From the NCBI RefSeq assembly GCF_035084215.1, contig NC_090330.1:36394001-36458000 (forward strand): a DNA stretch of 64,000 nucleotides, read 5' to 3'. Under the pieces are notes generated by a model. That model had not been told where the DNA came from, did no database searches, and saw only the letters and a list, made by a program, of their open reading frames with translations. Of the stretch, positions 38,891 through 52,139 are shown one piece after another; position 1 is the stretch's first letter, and the number at the start of each line of letters is the position of its first letter. This stretch comes from Heptranchias perlo (Eukaryota). A program made the translations under genes and the position numbers.

Positions 38891-40037
38891 TTTTTTGAAG
38901 AGGTGACTAAAGTAGTGGTCAGGGGAATGTCAATGGATGTTATTTATATGGACTTCCAGAAGGCATTTGATAAGGTCCCACATAAGAGACTGTTAGCTAA
39001 GATAGAAGCTCATGGAATTGAGGGAAAAGTACGGACTTGGTTAGGAAGTTGGCTGAGCGAAAGGCGACAGAGAGTAGGGATAATGGGAAGGTACTCACAT
39101 TGGCAGGATGTGACTAGTGGAGTCCCGCACGGATCTGTCTTGGGGCCTCAATTATTCACAATATTTATTAACGACTTAGATGAAGGCATAGAAAGTCTCA
39201 TATCTAAGTTTGCCGATGACACAAAGATTGGTGGCATTGTAAGCAGTGTAGATGAAAACATAAAATTACAAAGCGATATTGATAGATTAGGTGAATGGGC
39301 AAAATTGTGGCAAATGGAATTCAATGTAGACAAATGTGAGGTCATCCACTTTGGATCAAAAAAGGATAGAACAGGGTACTTCTAAATGGTAAAAAGTTAA
39401 AAACAGTGGATGTCCAAAGGGACTTAGGGGTTCAGGTACATAGATCATTGACGTGTCATGAACAGGTGCAGAAAATAATCAAGAAGGCTAATGGAATGCT
39501 GGCCTTTATATCTAGAGGACTAGAGTACAAGGGGGCAGAAGTTATGCTGCAGCTATACAAAACCCTGGTTAGACCGCACCTGGAGTACTGTGAGCAGTTC
39601 TGAGCACCACACCTTCGGAAGGACATATTGGCCTTGGAGGGAGTGCAGCATAGGTTTACTAGAATGATACCTGGACTTCAAGGGTTAAGTTACGAGGAGA
39701 GATTACACAAATTGGGGTTGTATTCTCTAGAGTTTTGAAGGTTAAGGGGTGATCTGATTAAGAGGTTAAGAGCCAGACCTTTCAGGAGCGAGATTAGAAA
39801 ACATTTCTACACACAAAGGGTGGTAGAAGTTTGGAACTCTCTTCCGCAAACAGCAATTGATACTAGCTCAATTGCTAAATTTAAATCTGAGATAGATAGC
39901 TTTTTGGCAACCAAAGGTATTAAGGGATATGGGCCAAAGGCAGGTATATGGAGTTAGATCACAGATCAACCATGATCTTATCAAATGGCGGAGCAGGCAC
40001 GAGGGGCTGAATGGCCTACTCCTGTTCCTATGTTCCT
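38891..40037 (+). mobile_element. Young CR1 (5'-truncated) inserted into the tail of an older minus-strand CR1, TSD ACAT
   Basis: ACAT at 38887-38890 and 40038-40041. The flanks rejoin as gtgtttatgccgcacatgagcctcctccc, the reverse complement of the CR1 3' UTR seen at 20345-20380. Confidence 0.93.
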
Positions 40038-40663
40038 ACATGAGCCTCCTCCCTCCCTATTTCATCTATCCTTCTAAAAGATGATGGTTAGGGAATTTAC
40101 AGCTGCAGTGACTAGATGACTTTTTTAAAAAACAATTCCAACTTGACCCTTTCTTGGGGTCATGTCTATCAGTGTCAGACGGATTGTCTGAGAGAAACAA
40201 TCTTGGTTGTGGCAGGTGAAGGACCGTCAAACATTACACAAGTGGACCTCCAGGCACATAATTTAAGAACGAACACTGATGGCTGTACAGATGTCCAGGC
40301 AGCGGACCAGATAGTCTTCCCAACTTTTCCCAATGCCATGGATGAAGAACAGGATTTAGCAACGCTAAAACATTACCACATTTCATGAATGATTTAACAA
40401 TGTTCTGTACTAGTCAGTAACTCCTGACAAGTACAACTTCAAATAACAGCATTTGTTTTGCTCGAAATACCAACTTGCTCTTAAATGAATAGATATACAT
40501 AGCGACAATTGAATAAATGGAAATAATTGAATGAAAATGCATAGAGATAGTAAAATCAAAAGACAGAGTTAATCCAGCTTGTTGGGGAGGGGGTCGGTGG
40601 GAGAAGAGAGACAGAATCAGAGGGACAGAGTCAGAGACAGACGGAGAGATAGCGAGAGAGAAT

Positions 40664-41402
40664 AGGCCAGAATTTGCTGTCAAAATAACAGAAAGACCAT
40701 TGGCGCTCGCTATTATGTATGAGTAAATAGTACAGCAACTTCAGGCAAGGAGCAGATGCGCAGATAAATGTGAATATCCAAAAGTTGCTGTCCGAGTTGC
40801 GCCACTCTGCCATTAGCTTCACGGAAATGGCATCTCGCCCTTAGCCTCCCATTTTTTTTAAGAAACTGGCAGTATTTGCCCAGTAAACTTGCCACAGAAA
40901 ATTAAGTCTAGTCATTAAAATTGTAAATACCCTTTAAACGATGTGGTAAGTGTTAATGACTGCCAATCAATCTCTCTGGCACCAAAAACTAACTATTACA
41001 AGTGTGAAGTCTCATTCATTTGGGTTTTGAATTTTTCAGAGAGATTTTAAAAATGTCAAATTAAAAATTTTTTAAAATCTTACTTCTCCTTTGTCTCTTT
41101 TCCCAATCTTTCTTTCTCTTTCTGTACCTGATTTGACATTGAATTTACCCCTTTTGTTTCACCCTCCTTCTCAGTCTTTCCTACGTTTATTTCCCAATCC
41201 TTGAATCTCATTAGTTAAGGAGATACACAGTTGCTTGCCCTGTTCATTCAGGTCCCAGATGCCCTGTTTCCCTCGCTATGACATTATCAGCTCGCACTTT
41301 CAGCAACTTTGTGGGCAAAAATGTTTTGAGCTGAAGAGTACAGGGACAAGTCTAACTAACGGCAGATGTTGTTAGATGCCCTCCTACTGCAAATTCAGGC
41401 CC
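40664..41402. mobile_element. Harbinger-type MITE
   Basis: TIR ggccagaatttgc / gcaaattcaggcc, flanked by AT(A). Confidence 0.8.
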
Positions 41403-42187
41403 ATAGTTTTGTTTGGTTTATCTTTAAAAGGTAGGGTAGAAACTTTGCAGTTCCTTTTCTCAGGAAATGAAATGGGTCAGGTAGAGTTAAAGTGGATTGC
41501 ACACCGTCCGTGGAAAACTAGGCTTGCGCATTCCATGTCATCTTTATGTCCCTGGGAGTCTAAGTGAATTTTCAATGGGATGTGTAAAAGTCGGTTAATT
41601 GTATTTTAAATGAGCCAGCATCACCCTTTATGGGCTCCATGAAGCTCAAGCAGATAATTATCACAAACCTCACACTTTGACTGACTCTCTTGAAGATGAT
41701 TTAACCACGAGGAAATAAACTACAGCTAAAACTCGTGCAACAGGGAGCTGCGTGATAGTGATTGTGCTAACTGCTGTGCTTCTCACAAAGTAATGCGCAT
41801 TAAGGGAAAAGCTTTTCTTCAAATTAGAATATAAATGCAGGCAAATAAGGAAATGTTAACGTGCAAAATTCTGAAAGATTGCAATTATGAGTCAGTATAA
41901 AGACCCATTTGCTGAATGGCTAAATTACCTGCAGAAATACTTATCCAAGAACTGCTTTTTCAAAATCACAGCAAAGCAACTTTTTTTACATGCTATTTTT
42001 CAGACTTTGGAAAAATATTAAAACCCACTTAGAATATTCATAAAATTCATTTGGATTATACATACATATTGCATTTTAATTCACATCTCAAGTTAACATT
42101 TATGGTTCTTGGTGGGTCCAATAAAATGTCAGTCATGGGTTAAAATCTGGTTTATTCTCATATCACAATACTTAATGTGTCAAAGAA

Positions 42188-43225
42188 ATTTTTTTTATTC
42201 ATTCACAGGATGTGGGCATCGCTGGCAAGGCCAGCATTTGTTGCCCATCCCTAATTGCCATTGAGAAGGTGGTGGTGAGCCACCTTCTTGAACCGCTGCA
42301 GTCCGTGTGGTGAAGGTTCTCCCACAGTGCTGTTAGGAAGGGAGTTCCAGGATTTTGACCCAGCGACGATGAAGGAACGGCGATATATTTCCAAGTCGGG
42401 ATGGTGTGTGACTTAGAAGGGAACGTGCAGGTGGTGTTGTTCCCACGTGCCTGCTGCCCTTGTCCTTCTAGGTGGTAGAGATTGCGGGTTTGGGAGGTAC
42501 TGTCGAAGAAGCCTTGGCGAGTTGCTGCAGTGCATCCTGTGGATGGTACACACTGCAGCCACGGTGCGCCGGTGGTGAATGGAGTGAATGTTTAGGGTGG
42601 TGGATTGGGTGCCAATCAACCGGGCTGCTTTGTCCTGGATGATGTCCAGCTTCTTGAGTGTTGTTGGAGCTGCACTCATCCAGGCAAGTGGAGAGTATTC
42701 CATCACACTCCTGACTTGTGCCTTGTAGATGGTGGAAAGGCTTTGGGGAGTCAGGAGGTGAGTCACTCACCGCAGAATACCCAGCCTCTGACCTGCTCTT
42801 TTAGCCACAGTATTTATGTGGCTTGTCCAGTTAAGTTTCTGGTCAATAGTGACCCCCAGGATGTTGATGGTGGGAGATTCAGCGATGGTAATGCCATTGA
42901 ATGTCAAGGGGAGATGGTCTTTGCCTGGCACTTGTCTGGCGGGAATGTTACTTGCCACTTATGAGCCCAAGCCTGGATGTTGTCCAGGTCTTGCTGCATG
43001 CGGGCTCGGACTGCTTCATTATCTGAGGGTTGCGAATGGAACTGAACACTGTGGGGTCATCAGCGAACATCCCCATTTCTGACCTTATGATGGAGGGAAG
43101 GTCATTGATGAAGCAGCTGAAGATGGTTGGGCCGAGGACACTGGCCTGAGGAACTCCTACAACAATGTTCTGGGGCTGAGATAATTGGCCTCCAACAACC
43201 ACTACCATCTTCCTTTGTGCTAGGT
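42188..43225 (-). mobile_element. Second-family CR1-clade LINE fragment
   Basis: Collinear with 33470-34532; GVPQASVLGP and MFADD. Confidence 0.92.
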
Positions 43226-44368
43226 TTGGTACATCTTGTATTATAAACCCACAAACCTCACAGGATATTATGTTGTAGTCCAAGGTATCAGGTTAAAGTG
43301 AAAAAAAGCTCACATAAAATGTTTTTTTTAAATGAGCGTTGAATCCCACTTTTCTTTCTCAACGCATAGCTCAATTAACCTTTTGACAAGTGATTACATT
43401 TACTTTGCGCTACTGTTTTCTTGATTGTCAGTCTCAGCAGCATCTGATGCTCAGATTTGCAAGACATGTGCGTCATGTGTTTTGTAATTTCTCTGAGACC
43501 AGTGGATAGTTGAAGCATTTTGCTTTTGGGAGGGGTGGGTGGGAACGACACCATCTGACTCATGGTACAGTCACATGCCCTGTTAGATAAGCCTGCTGCA
43601 CAATGACAGATTATAGAGAGGAGAAAATAAATAAGATTTATCTAGATGGCTTCTGTTTCATTTCCACATAGTTCAACGATAGCTGTTGCTTATTGTGTTA
43701 ATGTGCATTTAATGATTGCTACATAAATTCATTACGGTGCTGGTCACTATTTTTCTTTAAACATCTGCTGTGTATGAAATGACCAGGTGCTTCAAAATTC
43801 CACTCTCTTATAATGGGATTATAAAGAGGTGTCAACTGAGGATGTGATCTGTTGTCCAATAAAGCAAAATCCTTGTGAATTAGCTTTCACATAATCAATA
43901 GCATTATTACAATATAAGATATTGATTAATACATATCTTTGGCAAACTGGTCAATGCTCCAGTTATAATTGAAGGAAGCAGACCCAACACTAACCAAATT
44001 TCATCAAGCACTGCAAAACCTGTGATCTTGACAATGGGTTGTCTCTATGAACAGCAAAGATCATAAATCTAAGTGGACTAACAATAGCTAATGTGCCTGC
44101 TTAAATGCAGCAGGGACAGTGAACTGTGCTGTGTGAAACAGCAGCTCACATTGCAATTCAAGGTCTTGTATAAGAGATAAGTACTTGTGCAAACAACAGA
44201 CCTGAACTAGCTACACACTCTTTCAGAAGCAGTGTCAATGTTGAAAGAACTATATCCCCTTAAGCTCTACAGCTCTTGTGATGGGAACTAAGCTAATATA
44301 TGCAGCACCATAGAACTGGGGACAGAACAACCGCTCAAATAGCTACATGGAATAGAACAAATGGAGAT

Positions 44369-44780
44369 TAAAAGCAAACTACTGTGGATGCTGGAAATCT
44401 GAAATAAAAAACGGAAAATGCTGGAGATACTCAGCAAGTCAGGCAGCACCTGTGGAGAAAGAAATAGAGTTAATGTTTCAGGTCGAGGACCGTTCATCAG
44501 AACTGGAAAAAATTTAACAGTTTTTAAGCAAGTACAGAGTCAAATAAAGAGGGAGAGGAAGGGAAGGTCTGTGATAGGGTGGAGGGCAGGAGTGATTAAA
44601 TGACAAAAGGGATGATGGTGCAAGGCAAGGAGGGTGGTAATGGGACAGGTAAAGAAACAAAAGATCGGTCTAGAGGAGCTGCAAATGGTAACAGCAGAAC
44701 CATTACCAGCAGTGGCTGACCGAAAAAATGGGAGCAGTGGTTATGATCTGAAGTTATTGAAATCAATGTTGAGTCCGGAA
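44369..44780 (-). mobile_element. Penelope-like element terminal region
   Basis: tgtggatgctggaaatctgaaataaaaacggaaaatgctgg...gtttcaggtc...tcatcagaact, which I recognise as an elasmobranch PLE terminus; contains a hammerhead-like core. Confidence 0.7.
44468..44504 (-). ncRNA. Minimal hammerhead ribozyme-like motif (degenerate)
   Basis: Minus strand reads agtt-CTGATGA-acggtc.ctc.gacct-GAAAC-att-a-act. Confidence 0.6.
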
Positions 44781-45434
44781 AGAAGATTAGGTGTTGCTGA
44801 ATGCCTCAGTTTTGTCTCTAAGTGTGAGCCTGACCTCTCTGTGGTTTGCCTCTAACTTCCCCTTCTCACTATGAGCTCTCCATCTTTGGCTTCCTACACT
44901 TTTCTAACCAACCTCAATGCAAGCTTCAGGAACAGCATCTCATCTTTATCCTTGGCTTATTCTTCAGCCTCCTGCTCTGAACACTGATTTTAGTAATTTC
45001 AGAATTCAGGTATATCTTGTTTTTTAAAATAAACTACAACTGGTGCTGGTGATGTGGAGTTGGTCTATCAGAGCCATAGTGGAGGGAGGCAGGTTGACAT
45101 TTTGAGCGTAGACCCTTTGTCAGAACACAGTACTAGTAGAGGAGGGGAGGAAGGGGTGTTGGCCTGCATTTTTACTCTTTTAGGGACAGATGGGCCTACG
45201 TTGTATTTCCTGCATTGTCTGTTGTCTTTTGAAATCACATGGGTTTCTCTGTGGGCCTCTCCCGTGTCTTTTTTCTAGCATAGTTATTTACCCATTGCTT
45301 TGTTCTTTTAATGGCCTTATGTTGCCTCACTGAGATGATCTTTTATATCATCTATTTCTATTAAGTAGTTTGCAGGTCATTCAACCTATTAAACTTCCTT
45401 ACTGCATTCAGGCTATCTGTTATTTCCTTTCCTC

Positions 45435-46440
45435 AATGGTGGAAGTCATACCTGACACAAAGGAAGATGGTTGTGGTTGTCAGAGAACAGTCGGCACAGC
45501 TCCAGGATATCACTGCTATAGTTCCTCAAGGAAGCATCCTTGGCCCAATTGTCTTCAGCTGATTGATCAATGACCTACCCTTCCACCATACCGTCAGGAG
45601 TGGGGCTATTCGCTAATAATTCCAGTGTTTGGCTCAATTTACGACATCCCCAATAATGAAGCAGCCCATGCCAGCCCACAACAGGACCTGGATACCATCC
45701 AGGCAGGGCTGACAAGTGGCAGGTAACATTTATGCTGCATAAGTGCCAGATAATGACCATCCCAAACAAGAGAATGCCCAATCATCTCCCCTTGTCCTTC
45801 AATGCCACCACTATCACAGAGTCCCCCACCATTGACATCTTGGGACCAGAAGCTTAACTGGACTAGCCATATCAACAAGTCTAAAGAGCCCGGCAGAGAC
45901 TGGGTACTCTGTGACAAGTGGCTCACTTCATGAACCCTCAAAACCTCTCCACCATCTACAGGGCTCTGGTCAGGAGTCTGATGGAATAATCATAACTCAC
46001 CTGGATGAGTGCCTCCACAACAACACTCAAGAAGCTCAACCCCATCCAGAACAGAGCAGTTTGCTTGTCTGGCACCTGTCACCAGGCTCAATATCCATCC
46101 CCTCAATCACTAGTGCACTGTGGCTGCAACATATACAATCTACAGGATGCACTTCGACAGCACCTCCCTCCCCCCTAACCTCTACCACCAAGAACAAGAG
46201 TAGCAATGTAATGAGAACACCATCATCTCTAAAGCTCCCCTCCAAGTCATATGCAATCCTGACTTAGACACATATTGCTGGATCAATAAGCTAGAATTCC
46301 CTACTGAACACCATTGTGGAAGCACTAGCACCACCAGGACTGCAGCGGTCAAGGAGAAGGCCCACCACCATCACTTTCTCAGGTCAACCAAGGATGAGCA
46401 AAAAAATGCAGCCTTGCCAGTTTAGCTCACATCCTGAGAG
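45435..46440 (+). mobile_element. Older degraded copy of the second-family LINE
   Basis: Collinear with 33455-34520 but carries many indels. Confidence 0.85.
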
Positions 46441-46509
46441 ATGAAAACAAATGCAATGCATGTTCATTGCAGATTTCAAAACACTGGAAAATGAACCAAA
46501 TAAAGTGTT

Positions 46510-47668
46510 TTCCAGAAGGCATTTGATAAAGTCCCTCATAAGAGATTGTTAGCTAAATTTGAAGCTCATGGAATTGAGGGCAAATTATTGACCTGGTTAG
46601 GGAATTGGCTGAGCGTCAGGAGACAGAGAGTAGGGATAATGGGCAGATACTCAAATTGGCAGGATGTGACTAGTGGTGTCCCACAGAGATCTGTGTTGGG
46701 GCCTCAACTATTCACTGTATTTATCAACGACTTAGATGACAGGATAGAGAGTCACATATCCAAGTTTGCCGATGACACAAAGATAGGCAGCATTGTAAGC
46801 AGTGTAGATGGAAGCATAAAATTACAGAGAGATATTAATAGATTAAGTGAATGGACAAAACTGTGGCAAATGGATTTCAATTTAGGCAAGTGTAAGGTCA
46901 TCCACTTTGATCTATCCTTTTTAGGTCCAGAGTACTTTCTAAATGGTGAAATGCTCAAAGCAGTGGAGGTCCAAAGAGACCTCAGGGTCCAAGTACATAG
47001 ATCATTAAAATGTTAAGGACAGGTACAGAAAATAATCAAAAAGGCTAATGGAATGCAGGCCTTTATATCTAGCAGACTAGAATACAAGGGGGTAGAAGTT
47101 ATGCTACAGCTATACAAAGCCATGGTTAGACCACACCTGGAGTACTGTGTTCAGTTCTGGGCACTGCACCTTAGGAAGGATATATTGGCCTTGGAGGGAG
47201 ATTTACTAGAATGATACCTGGATTCCAAGGGTTAAAATAAGAGGAGAGATTACACAAACTAGGGTTGTATTCCTTGGAATTGAGAAGATTAAGGGATGAT
47301 TTGATCGAAGTTTTCAAGATGTTAAGGAGAACTGATAGGGTAGAGAGAAACTATTTCCACTGGTTGGGGAGTCTAGGACTAGGGGACATAGCCTAAAAAT
47401 TAGAGCCAGGACTTTGAGGAGTGAAGTTAGGAAACACTTCTACATGCAAAGGGTGGTAGAAGTTTGGAACTCTGTTCTGCAAACAGCAGTTCATGCAAGC
47501 TCAATCGTTAATTTTAATCCGAGATTGATAGATTGTTGTTAATCAAAGGTATTAAGGGATATGGGGCTACGACAGGTATATGGAGTTCGGTCACAGGTCA
47601 GCCATGATCTCATTGAATGGCAGAACAGGCTCGATGGGCTAAATGGCCTACTCCTGTTCCTATGTTCT
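46510..47668 (+). mobile_element. CR1 3' portion (older subfamily)
   Basis: GVPQRSVLGPQLF, KFADDTK and the tail cctgttcctatgttct. Confidence 0.93.
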
Positions 47669-47884
47669 AGTTTACTGCTGAGACAAATGCCTATGTAAAT
47701 AAATAAGTGTTTTGTGCACTTGTGTCTCTTTATTTCAAGTGAAGTTGCTTATATCCATAGCTTAAGTTATAAGTCCCAATGCACTTTCCATATAATTACT
47801 TGCTTTCAGATGTCATAGCTTTTTTTCCAGGGACATTTTTGAATTGCCAGCCTTTTGGGTGCTGTGCCAGCACTTTTGAACCTG

Positions 47885-48420
47885 TTGGCCAGATTTTGCT
47901 AGTTTTCTATTATGGCTTGTGTCCATTTTGCTTCCGCTAGTGGGTGTGATGGTATCTACATACAACAGTCAACTCCATTCAGTGACAGGATTCTTTTGGA
48001 CTAAATGCTTGTAAGGATGCGAATGATGGAACATTTCCAGGCGAAGGCTGGGGTGTAAAAGGCATTCCACTGCTCCAGGGGTATTCATGGTACGGTTTGT
48101 AACTACTTTAAAACTGTGTGGGGGGAATTAATTGTAAATGCTATACATGTTGAATTAATGTAAGGTCACAGTAGGATCTCTCTTGATCTTCTTTGAAATT
48201 CTTTGAACTTCCATATATGTGGTGTTGTGAAGGTGGCATTCACACTGGAGGCTACCTCCTCCCGATCCCTTTCAGGCCTGTTGCATTCACTGCCTAAGAT
48301 AAACCCCTTCCTCTGCCTCACTTGCTTAGGAAGACTCTCATTTTGCCCCATCATTGAAGTGGATCGTTCTAAGGCCTCCATGTCAATTTCCAGACATTTT
48401 TGGCACAAAACCTTGCCTTG
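47885..48420. mobile_element. Degenerate Harbinger remnant (Myb/SANT on -)
   Basis: Minus-strand EEVASSVNATFTTPHIW.....FKE resembles the Myb/SANT helices at 7580 and 13700. Starts ggccagattttgc. Confidence 0.5.
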
Positions 48421-48967
48421 TATATCCAGTTTTAAATTTCAGGATCCCTGCCCCTTTCCATCCTGCATTAACAAACGACACCAACTGCAAGATCAAAATA
48501 AGAGATGTTTCACACACCTGGAGATCGCTCATTATATTATAATTAAGCTGACCCTGGAAATTGGTGTGGGATCAACACTCTACAGTTCAGGCAGGCACCA
48601 TTTGCACAACAACCAATTGGTAAATCGAGGCTCTTGTTTCTAATCAGCCCAAGTTTCAACAGTTCCTCCACAATGACAACAGTCCTAGAGTTCTGATAAT
48701 CACTGTTTGATGCTGGTTGAGGATTATGCAACATCCAGATAGCTACATGACCTTCATATGAAGAGCAACTTCCAATGCATTATAGGAATTTATAACAGTT
48801 TAAATGGAAGGGAGGGCAAAACAATAGTTTTCTAACCATGAGCCCAGTCCTCATACACCCTTATTCCCCAATCATCCCACACACACTAAGGGTTTTTTTT
48901 TCAAATTACTTTTTATTATCATAGTCTCATTTTATTTCTTGTTTATTAACTTCACTCCTCATTAAGA

Positions 48968-49378
48968 ACAAACTTGCATTTATATAGCACCTTTCACATT
49001 GTCAAGACTTCCCAAAGCACTTTCACAGCCAATGAAGTAGTTTTGAAGTCTAGTAGTCACTGTTGTGATGTAAGGAAAATTGGCAGCTAATTTGTGCACA
49101 GCAATAAGTGATCAGATAATCTGTTTTAGTGGCATTGTGAGGAGTAAATGTTGGCCAGATCATCAGGAGAACTGTCCTGCTTTTCTTTGAATAGTGCCAT
49201 GGGATCCTTTACGTCCACCTGATAAGATGAGGCCCTTTCTGCCCTAATATCTCATCTGAAAGATGGCACTTCTGGCAGTGCAGCACTCTCTCAGTACTGC
49301 ACTGAAGTGTCAGCCTGGATTATGTGCTCAAGTCTCTGCAGCAGGACTTGAACTAACAATCACTAAGCTAAGGCTGAC
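48968..49378 (-). mobile_element. DeuSINE-type SINE (SacSINE1/AmnSINE-like) with an L2-type tail
   Basis: Deu-like core cagtgcagtactgagagagtgctgcactg...tttcagatgaga...gtggacgtaaaggatcccatggcactatt; tail ggtgctatataaatgcaagtt. Confidence 0.82.
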
Positions 49379-51169
49379 GTCTAAATTACCCTAAATTCCC
49401 GAACTTCACAACAGGGCTATTAAAATTCTATTCCATGAACCTTACATGACATCGTAAGTTCACACCTTAAGTTCCTAAAGATCATTACTTTTGAATAGCT
49501 TAGCTGAACTCCAAAGATATCAATTCTATGTGCCTAAATGTATTTATTCTTAAGTGAACCTGCTGGTTTCATTCCAACATCAGAATTCTATGTTCTGCCA
49601 TTATATTTGTATGAAAGAGAGAGAGATTTTAAAATTTGATATCATCTTTTATGGGTCAGAACATTTTTGGCCATAATTAAATGAATGAGCTTTTTATAAT
49701 TTTACTGATTTAGCAATTTTTTTAAATGTCACAAATTAATGAACTCCTATGAATTATCTTCTCAAAATATTCTTAATTATCAATACAATGTTTAGAGAAC
49801 TATTCATTAGTCAATGTTTGTTCCATATAGAAGCTCACTTCCATCCGGAATTCTTTGGTTGGGAGGGCTTTGTGATCAGTGACAATGTGCTTTTCTTAGG
49901 ATTTGTTGATTTTCCTCCTTCCACCGAAATATAATATGGTTAATGAGTGCTGCATTGAATGGCTTGCCTCAGAACTGACAAAATTCATTGCATGACTGAT
50001 GTCAGTCAGATCTGACCTTTTCAAGTTACAGTCTCTCCCTCTATGTTGGTAACAGATAGAGACAATGTGTGGGTCTAGCATTATTCAGAAGTTAACAAAT
50101 CCAAATAAAATACACAAAGCAAAATGTTTGGCATTATTGACTGAATGCATGATCTAAAACTTTCAGTTCCATCCCAACTATAAATTACAACCACCTAGAA
50201 GAAAACAAGAGTGGATAACTCAATTTCACTTAAAGACAATGTAGATTCTTGAAATAAAAATTATTTTGTTTCTTAATGGACCTGTTGTTTAATATGGCTG
50301 CAGGCTGTTCACTCTACGAGCCAATTTACACTATATATTCGGAATAAATGCAGTGATTTTGCCTTTGTATCACCAAATTGCACAGTGTCATTCAAGTGTA
50401 AACCCAAATCAAATTCAGAGAGACAGTGTAAAACAACCTCAAGTCTGTTTGGTCTTCCCACCAGTTGCAGTACAACTGAAATTTGGTTATACCAAGCTTA
50501 AGCTAAGCTTCAAAATTCCACAGTATTCGAATGGCAGTGACTGTATAAGCAAAGCTCCACTTTCTTTGATTTGGAGAGTGATGCAGAGCCATCAGTGTAA
50601 TTCGTATCTGCCAGCCCTGCATTGCTCTTAAATCAGTACTTGCAGTGTAAAAATGCTGTGAGATCCCTCCCTCAAGTCTCTCACACTGCCAATGTGGTTT
50701 GTGCAGAGCTGTATGACAAAAAATTACTACTGTGTAATATCTCTGTTCTCTGCTGTCTTCCTGCCAAACCATTGGAATCTAATTATTTCTGGATCAAAGC
50801 AATACAATAAAGTAGTACCTTTGGTACTATTTTTGAAAAATCAAGATCGATAATTATTTTATTTTAAATTTTAAAAATCACAAATGTAGCTAAATTCTGA
50901 CTGACACTTTACCATAAAGAATATATAATTCACATTGATTTAAATATCTAGTTCCAAATGTTAGAAGTACTTTTGTAGTGTAGAAAACTCACACTAAGGC
51001 ATTTATTATTGAATTGCATTCATATAATAGGGCTTCTGCCTCTATCAGATTTCAAGAGGCCATTGAGAGAAACAGGCCTGAAATGACATTAAATCAAAGC
51101 TAGCAGAATTTTTAAAAAATGATGTTTTTGTTTAGAGATTGGGGAAACATCCCACCACCTAGTGTGTTC

Positions 51170-52000
51170 TTGAGCTAGATAGACCAGCAAGATCCCAGGT
51201 TTGATCCCTGGTCTGTGCTCAGTTAGCTGACCTTAGTCAGGGAAAGAAGATAGAGGCACTATAGAAAGTGCAAGAAAGATTTACTAGGATGATACCAGCA
51301 CTGAGAGGTTATACCTATCAGGAAAGATTGAGCAGGCTGGGGCTCCTTTCTGAGGGGTGACTTCATAGAGGTCTTTAAGATTATGAAAGGGTTTGATAGG
51401 GTAGACGTGGAGAAGATGTTTCCACTTGCGGCGGAGACTAGAACCAGGGGCCATAAATATAAGATAGTCACTAATACATCCAATAGGGAATTCAGGAGAA
51501 ACTTCTTTACCCAGAGTGTGGTTAGAATGTGGAACTTGCTACCACAAGAGGTAGTTGAGGCAACTAGCATAGATGCATTTAAGGGGAAGCTAGATAAGCA
51601 CATGAGGGAGAAAGGAATAGAAGGATATGCTGATAGGGTTAGATGAAGTAAGAAGGGAGGAGGCTTGTGTGGAGCATAAACACCGGCATGGACCTGTTGG
51701 GCCTAATGGCCTGTTTCTGTGCTGGACATTCTATGTAATGCAAGCAGTGGAAAATGCTAAAATTGGCCTCAGTGTTCCCAGGTTATAGGTGGGAAAGCTT
51801 GGCCATGATTCCTGGTTCTGATTACTTCGCAATCAATAATCCTTGATGGAAGGTTGCATGGGTGGACGTTGGATAATAATTGCCCAGTGTTTAAATAGCC
51901 TGTTAAGATTCACACATGAAGAACAGCCACTTGAGTAAAGTAGTGGAGGGCCACCAACTGCCGATAGAAATATACCTTAGCTTCTGAAGGAGAGAAAGGC
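51170..52000 (+). mobile_element. SINE (16640 family) split by a CR1 3' fragment at about 51255-51740
   Basis: SINE head ggtttgatccctggtctgtgct; body resumes near 51745. The CR1 part reads RRNFFTQSVVRMWN. Confidence 0.75.
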
Positions 52001-52139
52001 AGAAAAGCAGAAAAGCAGAGGTGGAAAAAAATAAGATTCTTCTATATTATCTTTCCACTCACCAAAAACTGTTCTTAGAAATTTAGCCAGGGGAAATAAA
52101 AATTAATAAAATACATTTTATTTTAGTATAAAGGAGGAT

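Noticed and set aside
40116-40388. 90-aa ORF and an antisense hydrolase-like ILFFIHGIG string
   Set aside because: The antisense string is bounded by stops without splice sites, and neither reading has recognisable homology.
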